A stretch of 64,000 bases of DNA. It comes from an uncultured Rivularia sp. Lineage in GTDB: Bacteria > Cyanobacteriota > Cyanobacteriia > Cyanobacteriales > Nostocaceae. Under the pieces are notes generated by a model, which was not told where the DNA came from, made no database searches, and saw nothing but the letters and a program-made list of their open reading frames with translations. The stretch spans positions 448,001-512,000 of the forward strand of contig OY762007.1 of assembly GCA_963665115.1 (NCBI GenBank), read 5' to 3'. Every line of letters starts with the position of its first letter. Position 1 is the stretch's first letter. Made by a program: the position numbers and the translations under genes. This document shows positions 21,917 to 31,741 of this stretch, in pieces.

Positions 21917-21982
21917 TTCGTAGTAGTACTGTACTGACATTCAAATTCTGAAATATGATGCGCTAAAGCGCTACTACGAACC
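21917..21982. repeat. Degenerate REPIN-like paired palindrome
   Basis: TTCGTAGTAG...GAAATATGATGCGCTAAAGCGCTACTACGAACC; aligns with the intact copy at 23365-23431. Confidence 0.7.
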
Positions 21983-21990
21983 CTTATACT

Positions 21991-23277
21991 ATGAGTGAAA
22001 TTTACAAGGGCAATATTATGGCAGGCTACAATCCCGACTTTTTAGGGAATGAGATTAACCTTCCCGTACCCAGCTTTGCTCCATCAATAGCCGGGGATGT
22101 ACTCCGCAGTTCTTTATTGGAAGACGATATTTTTGCTACCTATATTAATTATTCCATTATCACCAATCGGGTTCGACGTTCGACTATTGTCGCTTGTGCA
22201 AATATTGACCAGAATTTGATTAAAAATGTATCAAGGAAACAAGGTTGGGATATTGATACTCGTATCGGTGCGGATTTTCAACTTGATAATGACTACTATC
22301 GCAATAATCCTTGGGATCGAGGACATTTAGCGAGACGAGGTAGTATGGCTTGGGGAAAAACTGAAAGGGAAGCGAAACGGGCTTCTGATGATACTTTTTA
22401 TTATTCCAATGCAGCGCTACAGCATGAAAACTTTAATCAAGATGAATGGTTGGCTTTAGAAAATTGGGTGTTTGACCTCAATTTAGATAGTAATGGTAAA
22501 ATAACCGTTTTCACCGGGCCAGTTTATGGCGATTTTCCTCGAACCATTACTCCACAGGGAAGAGAATCCGCACTTATTCCTTCAGCTTTTTTCAAAGTTG
22601 TTTGCTTCGTAAATAAAGACACTAACGAACTTGATGTCCGGGCTTTTCTGATGTTCCAAGATGAGGAAGCTTTAAGGGATAAACAAGGTAATAAATTATT
22701 TAATTTTCAAACTTATCAGGTAACAATTACTGAAATTGAAAGATTAACGGGTTTGGAATTTGATGATGAGATTTACGAGAAAAATCCTTTGTTATTTAAC
22801 GAAAATCCCGAAAAGAAAGAAAAACTTCATATCGCACAGTTTCCCGAACGAATTGAAGTTGATGCACCTGCTGAAATGATTGCCAAAGGTGAAGTTAGAG
22901 ATTCAATTACTATAGATAATGCTGCCATTTTTATTGCTGCTGCGATGGTAAATCCGTCGGGAGATGAAAGAGCATCGGAATGGGTTTCTGTAATCAATCT
23001 TTCTTCGGAGCCAGTGAATTTAGAAGGTTGGAGATTATCGGATACAAAGCATGAATCGTTGCAGCTAAATTCAATTTTGAAAGAGCAACAAAGGATATTA
23101 AAACCAGGGGAAGCGGTGAGGATACAGCCTTTAAATCCGGTGATGTTATCAAATCGTGGTGGGGTAATTAGTTTGTACGATAATCAAGGTAAAGGTAGAC
23201 GGGTTGATAGAGTGAATTACACTGCAAGAGATGTTGAGCGAGAGGATGCTACGGTGAGATTTTTGCGTCGGGGTTGA
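21991..23277 (+). CDS. DNA/RNA non-specific (His-Me, Serratia/NucA-type) endonuclease with C-terminal lamin-tail domain
   Basis: WDRGHL, NAALQHENFNQDEWLALE, VFTGPV, IPSAFFKV; C-terminal NPSGDERASEWVSVINLS..VNLEGWRLSD lamin-tail pattern; alternative start at 22018. Confidence 0.88.
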   Translation: MSEIYKGNIMAGYNPDFLGNEINLPVPSFAPSIAGDVLRSSLLEDDIFATYINYSIITNRVRRSTIVACANIDQNLIKNVSRKQGWDIDTRIGADFQLDNDYYRNNPWDRGHLARRGSMAWGKTEREAKRASDDTFYYSNAALQHENFNQDEWLALENWVFDLNLDSNGKITVFTGPVYGDFPRTITPQGRESALIPSAFFKVVCFVNKDTNELDVRAFLMFQDEEALRDKQGNKLFNFQTYQVTITEIERLTGLEFDDEIYEKNPLLFNENPEKKEKLHIAQFPERIEVDAPAEMIAKGEVRDSITIDNAAIFIAAAMVNPSGDERASEWVSVINLSSEPVNLEGWRLSDTKHESLQLNSILKEQQRILKPGEAVRIQPLNPVMLSNRGGVISLYDNQGKGRRVDRVNYTARDVEREDATVRFLRRG

Positions 23278-23301
23278 TGGGAGGATGTTTTGATAAAATA
23301 T

Positions 23302-23431
23302 CCGGCGGTTGAAACCGCGTCTACACAAGCAAAACCCGCCGTGGCAGCGGGTTAGAACATTTTAGGTTCGTAGTAGCGCTTCAGCGCATCCGGATTCGGA
23401 AATATGAGGCGCTGAAGCGCAACTACGAACC
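23302..23431. repeat. Cluster of GTAG-type REP palindromes, including an intact REPIN-like doublet
   Basis: GCGGTTGAAACCGCGTCTAC (GTAG on the minus strand); GGTTCGTAGTAGCGCTTCAGCGC...GCGCTGAAGCGCAACTACGAACC at 23365-23431. Confidence 0.8.
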
Positions 23432-23477
23432 TTTTTTACCAAAAAATACAATCAATATTCTCAAAAAATTCGGTCAG

Positions 23478-26400
23478 TTACTTACTTCGACAAACCTTTA
23501 ATCTTTCCCGTACTTGGGGATTGCTATTTAAATAATCTTTTAACCAGTCGCATCCGCGTGTTAATAACCCGTCTAAATGATCAATCTGCCAAATTAACAC
23601 CTCATTTCCTTGAGGTTGATTACCTTGAACGTGCGCGAGTATGTATTTACCATCTGGGCTGAATTTGGCTTCAGTTATGAAGGTAGATAAATACTTATAT
23701 TCTGCAAGCTGCTTACCTGAAGTATCCCAAATTTGAAATTTCTTGTCCTTTGAAGCTGTGAGGATACGCTTACCATCCGGGCTAAATTTAGCATAGACAA
23801 TCGGACTTTGATGAGGTATTTCAACTAATTGTTTGCCATTCGTATCCCAAATAATTGCCGTATTGTTTGTGGAAGTCGCAATAATTCGTTTTCCATCTGG
23901 ACTAAAACTAGGGCTAAAAATATCTTGATTTGCTTTAATTTCTGATAACTTTTTACCTGATGTATTCCAAATGGTTGCTATTCTTCCATTACTTGCAACA
24001 ATACGTTCCCCATCTGGGCTAAAGTTAGCACCGAGATAACTATATTCACTTGCTGGAAACTCTACTATTTTTTCACCTGAAATATTCCACAAACTAGAAT
24101 AATTTTTGCCATCATAATCAAACTTAGCAATAATATATTTACTATTTGGACTCCAAGTCATACCTCTAGCTTTGAATGTAGAGATTAACTTTCCCGTATC
24201 CGACCAAATTCTTGATTTACCATCGTAAGTTGTAGTTAAAATATGCTTGCCATCTGGACTAAAAGCAGCATAATCTAATCCCTTTTCATGTCCGGAAAGT
24301 AACAGTAATTGTTTTCCAGATGTATTCCAAACACGAGCAGTTTTATCAACTGATGCTGTAACTATTTTTTTGCCATCTGGACTAAAATTAGCGCTACTAA
24401 CTATACCTGAATGTCCTTGAAATCTTGCTAACTGCTTACCAAACTTATCCCAAAGTAATACAGATTTCCAAGTTGGGGTAACTACATATTTACCATCCGG
24501 ACTCCAACTTGCTCCATTAATTTTATCTTTTGAATTAATGTTTGCTGTAACTACTGGTATTTCATCAGATAAATTCCAAATACGAACGTTTCTATCAAAT
24601 CCATAAGTAACAATATGTTTACCATCAGGACTCCAACGGGGACTTCTTTGATCTCCTGCTAATTCAGCGATTAAATCGGCAGATAAATCCCATGCTTTTG
24701 CAGCACCATCTCTTATATCCCATACTTTTATAGTGTCGTCGGTGGTAAAAAATTGCTTCCCATCAGGGCTAAATTCTGCATTACTATTTAATTCTTTTTG
24801 ATTTTTTATTTCTCTAATTAACCTACCAGATAAATCCCAAACATAAGTTTTCTCAGATGTGGTTACAAAGATACGCTGACTGTCGGGGCTAAAACCAGCA
24901 TCCGCATTCCCTGAACGATCATCTACTTTAAATCTTGCAATTTGTTTACCTGAAATATCCCAAACATAGGAATCATCAGAGTTAGTTAAAATATATTTTC
25001 CATTTGGACTCCAATAAGCGCTGCTAACAGCTTTTGTATGTCCTGAAAGCGCTTTTACTAATTTACCCGAAGTATCCCAAATACGGGCAGTTTTATCATT
25101 AGAAGCAGTCAGAATATATTTGCTATCCGGGCTAAAACTAGCGCTATTAACTGTATCTTTAAGTTGTAGTAATAAATTACCCGATAAATCCCAGATACGA
25201 ACTATTTTTTCATCAGAGCCACTAACCACACTTTTTCCATTTACAATTGTTTCAGTTTGTGGTTGTTGAGAAATAGTAATTATACGTTTCCCATCTGGAC
25301 TAAAACTGGCACTATTTACCCATTCTTGATGTTTTATTATCGCTACTTGTTTTCCAGAAAAGTCCCATATCCGAACGTTTTTACCATAAGAAGCAGTAAT
25401 AATATGTCTACCATCAGGACTAAATTCAGCCTTATAAACTCCATCTTTATGTCCTTTCAGTTCGGTTATCAGCTTACCCGACAAATTCCAAATTCTAGCG
25501 GTTTTATCTGTGGAACCAGTAATCAAAAACTTTCCATCATGGCTCCAATTCACAGTTGTAATATTGTCTTGATGGGTTGCAAATTGTTTTACCTCACGAA
25601 TATTGTTTGTTATTGTTTGCAAAGCTAAAAGCGGACTGGTTGCAGGATATTTTTCTAAGGAACGTCCATCTTGTACTAAATTTTTCAATCTTTGTCCAGC
25701 ATCCATTGCTGTTACTAAAGATTCAATTTGTTTGGTTTCAAACTGTTTTAAAGCTGTAACTCCTGCTCTTTCTAATTTTGTACCTTCTTGAGCTTCTTGT
25801 AATTGATGATTTGCTCCTATAAAAGCAATCGTAGCTCCAATCACAGAACAAATTAGAACGCCACCACCAATACGAATTTGTCGTTTAGCTTTATGTTGAG
25901 CTGTAGTTAAAGTATCATTTGCTTGTGCTAAAATGCGACTTTCTTCTTCTTGAATAGCTAATGCGGTAGTTATTTCTTGTTTTTCCAATTCCTGACTAGC
26001 ATTTAAAAACTGATAATCTTGTTTACTTAAACTTTTATCCGCAGCCCAAATATTAGCGTCTTCTAATGCTTTTCCTCGCAATAATCTAGAATCATCTTGA
26101 AAATTTGAAGTAACCCAAGCTGATAATGCTTCCGAATATGGTCTTAAATTCATAAGTTCTTTTTCTACCCAATTTAAATCAAATACTGTTGCATAAATAC
26201 GGTTGTAAACCTGTAAATACCCTTGATTTTCTACAACTAATCCTGATAGCCGTAATTCAATTTGTTCTGGACTATCATCAGCGGGTATTTGTCCTAATTG
26301 TAAAATTTTCTGATACAAACCAAGCAATGCACCTGTATTATGCTTGCTCCTTAAAATCCGATCTTTAATAGTTTTTAAATGCGGTGGTTCGTCAAAAGAT

Positions 26401-27233
26401 TCCCAATTGTCAATTATTTTCTGTCTGACAATATTTTCTACATCTTGATTTTTTAATCCTGGAAAACCTGCTAATAAATCGCATAATTTCTGTGTTAATA
26501 ATGGTTGCCCCCCAGTCCAATCCAAAACTTCTTTTAAAACAGCTTGGGGATTTTCAACTTCTTTAAATCCTGCTGCTAAAGGTGAAACTTCATCTATTTG
26601 AAAACCATTAACTTGAATAGCGCTACCAATATTAAAAGGTGTTCTAACTTTATCGGCTATTAAATCGCTTGGTGTTGCTACTCCGAGAAGCACAAAAGTA
26701 ATCCGATTAAATTCTTTGTTAAAATTACGCTTTTCATAACAGCTTCTAATCCAAGAGAAAAAGTCATCGCAGGGGAAATTTAAGCTTAAAATACTATCAA
26801 TTTCATCAATAAAGATAACTATTTTACTTTGAATTTTTTCTAATAATATTTCTTCAATAAATATATCCAAACGCTGTAAAGGTGATAATTCGCTGTTTTC
26901 CTTCCACGATGTTCTAATAAACTCGCTGGGGTTAGCTATACCAAAATTAGCAACCAACGTATAAACAATTCCTGCATACCACTGTTCTGGATTGATATCT
27001 TTACTACCCCTTCCAGAAATATCAATTGTTGTACAAGCGATTCCTTCAGCTTGCAATCGTTTGATGGTGCGAACCTGTAAACTGGTTTTACCCATTTGTC
27101 GGGAATTGAAAATATAGCAAAAGTTGCCTGCTTTGAGTTCGTTGTAAAGGTCAAAATCTGCTTTTCTAACTACATAACTGGGAGCATTTTCCGAAAGACT
27201 TCCACCAACTTTGTAAGAAAAATTGTTGTTCAT
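23478..27233 (-). CDS. AAA_35 (STAND-like) NTPase with TM helix and WD40 beta-propellers
   Basis: YKVGGSL, Walker A NSRQMGKT, Walker B IFIDEID, TPFNIG, WTGGQP; TM IGGGVLICSVIGATIAFIGA; about 14-16 diverged FSPDG/IWD WD40 repeats. Confidence 0.92.
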   Translation of the reverse strand: MNNNFSYKVGGSLSENAPSYVVRKADFDLYNELKAGNFCYIFNSRQMGKTSLQVRTIKRLQAEGIACTTIDISGRGSKDINPEQWYAGIVYTLVANFGIANPSEFIRTSWKENSELSPLQRLDIFIEEILLEKIQSKIVIFIDEIDSILSLNFPCDDFFSWIRSCYEKRNFNKEFNRITFVLLGVATPSDLIADKVRTPFNIGSAIQVNGFQIDEVSPLAAGFKEVENPQAVLKEVLDWTGGQPLLTQKLCDLLAGFPGLKNQDVENIVRQKIIDNWESFDEPPHLKTIKDRILRSKHNTGALLGLYQKILQLGQIPADDSPEQIELRLSGLVVENQGYLQVYNRIYATVFDLNWVEKELMNLRPYSEALSAWVTSNFQDDSRLLRGKALEDANIWAADKSLSKQDYQFLNASQELEKQEITTALAIQEEESRILAQANDTLTTAQHKAKRQIRIGGGVLICSVIGATIAFIGANHQLQEAQEGTKLERAGVTALKQFETKQIESLVTAMDAGQRLKNLVQDGRSLEKYPATSPLLALQTITNNIREVKQFATHQDNITTVNWSHDGKFLITGSTDKTARIWNLSGKLITELKGHKDGVYKAEFSPDGRHIITASYGKNVRIWDFSGKQVAIIKHQEWVNSASFSPDGKRIITISQQPQTETIVNGKSVVSGSDEKIVRIWDLSGNLLLQLKDTVNSASFSPDSKYILTASNDKTARIWDTSGKLVKALSGHTKAVSSAYWSPNGKYILTNSDDSYVWDISGKQIARFKVDDRSGNADAGFSPDSQRIFVTTSEKTYVWDLSGRLIREIKNQKELNSNAEFSPDGKQFFTTDDTIKVWDIRDGAAKAWDLSADLIAELAGDQRSPRWSPDGKHIVTYGFDRNVRIWNLSDEIPVVTANINSKDKINGASWSPDGKYVVTPTWKSVLLWDKFGKQLARFQGHSGIVSSANFSPDGKKIVTASVDKTARVWNTSGKQLLLLSGHEKGLDYAAFSPDGKHILTTTYDGKSRIWSDTGKLISTFKARGMTWSPNSKYIIAKFDYDGKNYSSLWNISGEKIVEFPASEYSYLGANFSPDGERIVASNGRIATIWNTSGKKLSEIKANQDIFSPSFSPDGKRIIATSTNNTAIIWDTNGKQLVEIPHQSPIVYAKFSPDGKRILTASKDKKFQIWDTSGKQLAEYKYLSTFITEAKFSPDGKYILAHVQGNQPQGNEVLIWQIDHLDGLLTRGCDWLKDYLNSNPQVRERLKVCRSK

Positions 27234-27252
27234 GATGTGATATTTATTTTAA

Positions 27253-27307
27253 GTTTGTAGTAGGGACTTTAGTCCTCTCCGGAAGGGCTTAAGCCCCTAC
27301 TACGAAC
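27253..27307. repeat. REPIN-like GTAG paired palindrome
   Basis: GTTTGTAGTAGGGACTTTAGTCCT...AGGGCTTAAGCCCCTACTACGAAC; a related, more degenerate copy is at 2304-2358. Confidence 0.75.
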
Positions 27308-27309
27308 AA

Positions 27310-28191
27310 TTAGATTCTATTTTTACTAATCAAAGCTTCTAATTGCTTCAACCTATCGTCAATTAATACTATTTCTGGATGAACTGGACTATACCTTTTT
27401 GAAAGTTGCGATTTTTGGACTTTCAAATCTTCCATTTTTCGATAAGCAGCATTATTTATTAGGCTTTTAACTGTGCCTTTATATGGCTGCGGTTGCGTAT
27501 TTTCAAATTGTTTATATAAATCCTCAAGTTTAACTTCAAAATCTTGAATCATTGGATGTTGAGGTGATAATCTTGCTGAATTTATTGCTTTTTCTACTTC
27601 TATTTTGGCGATTGATTTTAAAATATCGGCAGTGGTAAGATTAGGCTCTGAAAGCGATACCCCTAATTGTGATAATTCTGTCCTAACTTCAGCGAACTTT
27701 TCTTTACTAATTCCTTCCATATGACCATTTCCAAAAACCCCATTTAACTCTTGCTGCAATATTTTATCTGCTGCTTTATAATCTTTAATAGCGTTTTCTT
27801 TATCTCCTAAATCTCGATACAGATTAGCTCGACGAATATAAGCTTCAGTATTAACCAAATCATTATCATCAATGTATTTATTCAAATTTAAAATTGCTTT
27901 TCGTTTTTCACCAGATTTTTCATAAGCCATAGCTTTTTCATCGTATTTCCTCCGCTCTTGGCTCAACACAGCTTTTTGATGTTGGTTGAGTATGTAACCA
28001 AAGCACCTTTTTGGAACTCCTGCTATCTTCAAGATGTTCTCTGCTGAATCAAAAGTTTTTGGATTTACGATTTTACATTCATGGTAATCATCGGGAACTG
28101 AAATCTGTCCAAGTAAAGGTATAGAAAAACCTAGAAATAAAATAGATGATGTATGAGCAATTATAGAAGTTATAGAGAATGGAAATTTCAT
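27310..28191 (-). CDS. Secreted TPR protein with two (Y/L)SPxHP helical-hairpin repeats
   Basis: Signal-peptide-like N-terminus MKFPFSITSIIAHTSSILFLGFSIPLLG; TPR AYIRRANLYRDLGDKENAIKDY; LSPQHP and YSPVHP motifs. Confidence 0.75.
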   Translation of the reverse strand: MKFPFSITSIIAHTSSILFLGFSIPLLGQISVPDDYHECKIVNPKTFDSAENILKIAGVPKRCFGYILNQHQKAVLSQERRKYDEKAMAYEKSGEKRKAILNLNKYIDDNDLVNTEAYIRRANLYRDLGDKENAIKDYKAADKILQQELNGVFGNGHMEGISKEKFAEVRTELSQLGVSLSEPNLTTADILKSIAKIEVEKAINSARLSPQHPMIQDFEVKLEDLYKQFENTQPQPYKGTVKSLINNAAYRKMEDLKVQKSQLSKRYSPVHPEIVLIDDRLKQLEALISKNRI

Positions 28192-28254
28192 TATTATTTA
28201 ATCGATAGCTATTTTATTTACGATTAGGATTAGCGTTTGTAGGTTCCACTAAAA

Positions 28255-29272
28255 CTACATCCGATTACGGCTAATTAATGCTTTTAATTGCTCTATTTGA
28301 TTAGTAATGAAAATTCTTTCGGGATGCGTTGCAGTAAACTTTTTTGTAAGTTGCGATCGCATTACTTTCAAACGTTGGATTTTTATATGAGCAGCAGCCA
28401 CTATTATGCCTTTTTCTATTTCTTCATCTGGCTGTACTTGTGTATTTTCAAGTTGTTTATGCAAGTCCTGAAGCTGAGCGTCAAAATGCTGAATTAATGG
28501 GTTTTGAGGTTTGAATTTTGCTAAATTTAATGCTCGTTCGACTTCTATTTCAGCAATTGATTTTAAAATCTTAGCAGTGGCAAGATCCGGTTCTGGAACT
28601 GATACCCCTAGTTGTGATAATTCAGTTCTAACTTTATCCATCATTTCTTGATACATGGGATCTATACCACTAATCGCAAAAAGCATATTGAAATCTTCCC
28701 GCAAGATTTTATCTGCTACTTTGTAATCTTGAATAGCATTATTTTTATCTCCCAAATCCCGATACAGATTAGCTCTGTAAATATAAGTCTCAGCTCCAGC
28801 CTTAGCAGAGGAAACCACTATCACGAATGTATTTAGTCAAATCTGAAATTGCTTTTTGTTTTTTACCTAATTTTTCATAAGCCCTAGCCCTGTTCAAATA
28901 TGCAGCGTCACTCGAATCCAATCTACCTGTATTTATATTAATTACTTCGGTATAATCCTTAATTGCGGCTTTGTAATTCCCAATTTGAAAGTAAGCATTT
29001 GCACGTTGATAGTAGGGAGCTTCTACTTCAGGATTCAGTTTAATTGCTTGGGTGTAAGAAGAAATTGCAGCTTGTGAGTCTTTTTCGCACCCCATTTGAA
29101 ACAATCCCATTCTTATGAAGTCATCTACTGTATTAAGTTGTGGTGGCTTAGGAATTTTGCATTCATCAGGATTATTAGAAGCTAGGATTGGTGTAACTAA
29201 TGGTAGAGCAATTAGCAGCAAAATAGATGATGTATGAGCAATTATAGAAGTTATAGAGAATGGAAATTTCAT
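28255..29272 (-). pseudogene. Secreted TPR protein, paralog of 27310-28191, split by a 1-bp frameshift at about 28812
   Basis: Same first 18 residues as the paralog; removing one base joins DSG to SSAKAGAETYIYRANLYRDLG; C-terminal half aligns with the paralog. Confidence 0.8.
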
Positions 29273-29436
29273 AATTAAGTAATTTAGAATAATTTTCAGT
29301 AAAATTAGATCGGTAGTGCGACCATCTTGGTCGCTAGTAATACTCCACTAATCTCATTTAACCCCAACGATATCTGAGTTGACATGGGAGTATATCGAGT
29401 TCGTATCGACTTTGTGACGAGATTGAAAATAACGCA

Positions 29437-29525
29437 AACCTAACCCCCAACTCCTTCCCTACGAGGGAAGGGGAGTAACAATTAAAGCCTCTCTCCTACA
29501 AGGAGAGAGGTTTGGAGAGAGGTCA
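29437..29525. repeat. Dispersed palindromic repeat (AACCTAACCCCC...CCTCTCTCC type)
   Basis: Hairpins CCTTCCCT-ACG-AGGGAAGG and CCTCTCTCCT-ACA-AGGAGAGAGG; reverse complement matches 59663-59740. Confidence 0.8.
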
Positions 29526-29530
29526 AAAAT

Positions 29531-30805
29531 ATGCCACGCTCAGTTCAAGTACGTTCTGAATTTATCTCTAAGGTAAAGTCTGCTCTACCCCGTAATGGTT
29601 ATATTCGTCAAACTGATTTAGCTGAATATTTGCAAATTTCTCAATCTACTATCAGCAGTTTTCTCAACGGTAAACCTGTTGATTATTTGAATTTTAGAGA
29701 AATTTGTCGGGCTTTAAGTTTGGAATGGCAAGATATCGCGGATTTAATGCTAGAAACTTCACCTGTAATTTCAAATCCAGAAATATCGAGTTCCAACTCT
29801 TTAGAACATCCATCTGGATTAGTGCCGTTAGATTCGCCATTTTATGTTGGGCGATCGCCAATTGAAGAACGATGTTACCAACAAATCAACCAACCCGGTA
29901 CTTTAATTAGAATAAAAGCTCCCAGACAGATGGGGAAAAGCTCGCTTCTAGCAAGAATTATTGATAAATCGCAATCTCAAAAAGATCGTACTGTAACTTT
30001 AGATTTTCAACTGGCAGCGCAGCAGATTTTTGTTAATTCAGATAAATTTCTACGTTGGTTTTGTGCCAGCATCGGTTTAGCTTTAAATATTCCTAATAAA
30101 ATTAACGAATATTGGGATTTAGCTGAAATTGTTGGTAGCAGCATGGCTTGTAAAGCTTATTTTGAAGAGTATTTATTACCAACTATCGATAATCCGCTAA
30201 CTCTTGGTTTGGATGAGGTTGATAAAGTTTTTGAATATCCAGAAATTTATCGAGATTTTTTTGGGTTGCTGCGGGCTTTACATGAAGAAGGTAAACGACG
30301 TGAAATTTGGAAAAGGCTGCGATTAATAATTGTACATTCTACAGAGGTTTACGTTCCCCTCGATATTAATCAATCACCATTTAATGTTGGTTTATCGATA
30401 GAATTACCCGAATTTAATAGCAATCAAATTTTAGATTTAGCACAAAGACATCAACTTGATTGGAATAATACCGAAGTTGAAAAAATCATCAATTTAGTCG
30501 GTGGACATCCGTTTTTAATTCGTCTTACTCTGTATCATATAGCTAGTGGAAATATTACCTTAAATCAAATATTAGAAAATGTAACTAATCCCAAAAGCAT
30601 TTACGCAGAACATTTACGCCGCCAAAGTTTAATTCTGACGCAACAACCGGAATTAGCAGCGGCTATGAAAGATATAGTTAATAACAACAATACTGAACTA
30701 TCAACTGTTACTAAATTTAAGTTACAAAGTATGGGATTGGTTAAATTGCAGGGAGATAGTGTATTTCCAAGGTGTAATTTATATCGTCAGTTTTTACGAA
30801 TTTAG
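29531..30805 (+). CDS. XRE-type HTH fused to an AAA_35 NTPase
   Basis: QTDLAEYLQISQSTISSFLNGKPV HTH; Walker A KAPRQMGKS; Walker B LGLDEVD; SPFNVG; GGHP; KLQSMGLV winged-helix-like tail. Confidence 0.9.
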   Translation: MPRSVQVRSEFISKVKSALPRNGYIRQTDLAEYLQISQSTISSFLNGKPVDYLNFREICRALSLEWQDIADLMLETSPVISNPEISSSNSLEHPSGLVPLDSPFYVGRSPIEERCYQQINQPGTLIRIKAPRQMGKSSLLARIIDKSQSQKDRTVTLDFQLAAQQIFVNSDKFLRWFCASIGLALNIPNKINEYWDLAEIVGSSMACKAYFEEYLLPTIDNPLTLGLDEVDKVFEYPEIYRDFFGLLRALHEEGKRREIWKRLRLIIVHSTEVYVPLDINQSPFNVGLSIELPEFNSNQILDLAQRHQLDWNNTEVEKIINLVGGHPFLIRLTLYHIASGNITLNQILENVTNPKSIYAEHLRRQSLILTQQPELAAAMKDIVNNNNTELSTVTKFKLQSMGLVKLQGDSVFPRCNLYRQFLRI

Positions 30806-31198
30806 TTTTACTTTTAATTCACACTGTTGAAAAATATAATTTACTGCTGCAAACAACTTATCTAAATCATTATATCTTTATCAAACTAGTTGGCACACCT
30901 GCCGGTTAAGTGGACTATTTCAATTGGTGGGTTACGTCTGTTTTATGCCGTTTGACCAAATTATCGGTACCTTCTTGAAATACTGGGAGATACACTCAGA
31001 TCCTGTATCAGTATTAATTACGCAACTTCCAAGACTGCATACCCTCCACACCACACAGATATATAAAAAATTAGGAAAGCGAAATTTCCAAAACTGAATA
31101 ACCTCGAAACACCCAAACCTATAAATAAATAGAACACAACACCAACGTGCATTTACTATCCCGATAATTCATTAACGATTACAACAAGAGGAACGCAA

Positions 31199-31741
31199 AT
31201 GAAAGGTTTACAAGCAGCATTCGCACTAGTTTTCAGCTTCATAATAATTAGTCCCAGAGTAAACGCTCAAACGCCCGATACTAACGTCAAACCACAAATT
31301 GAGAAATTGCAAGTTGCATCAACCCCAAATCAGAATTTGACACCAAACCGGAAAGCACTCTCTTATTTAAAACAGGGACACACTTTTTTGAAAAATAGAA
31401 ACTATCCCGAAGCAGTAAAGGCTTTTGATCAAGTAATCAAAATTCAACCAAACAATCAATATGCTTACCAAGGTAAAGGAGCTACTTACCTTCGCACGGG
31501 ACAATTTAAACAGGCAAAAACCGATTTAGATAAATCGATTCAACTAGATAATTCACTCTCTTATGCTCACTATTACCGGGGATTAGTTAATATTGCATTA
31601 GGTAATAAAGATAATGCAAATACAGATTTTGAAACAGCAGCGAATCTATTTGAGAAAGAGGGAAACACAAAATTAGCTAAATTAAGTCGTGAGTTCAAAA
31701 AGCATTACTCAGAATATTTACGCCGTCAGAGTTTAATTTGA
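31199..31741 (+). CDS. Secreted TPR protein whose 3' end runs into a duplicated AAA_35 tail
   Basis: Signal peptide MKGLQAAFALVFSFIIISPRVNA; three TPRs; RBS GAGGA; final residues YSEYLRRQSLI come from the AAA_35 repeat. Confidence 0.8.
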   Translation: MKGLQAAFALVFSFIIISPRVNAQTPDTNVKPQIEKLQVASTPNQNLTPNRKALSYLKQGHTFLKNRNYPEAVKAFDQVIKIQPNNQYAYQGKGATYLRTGQFKQAKTDLDKSIQLDNSLSYAHYYRGLVNIALGNKDNANTDFETAANLFEKEGNTKLAKLSREFKKHYSEYLRRQSLI

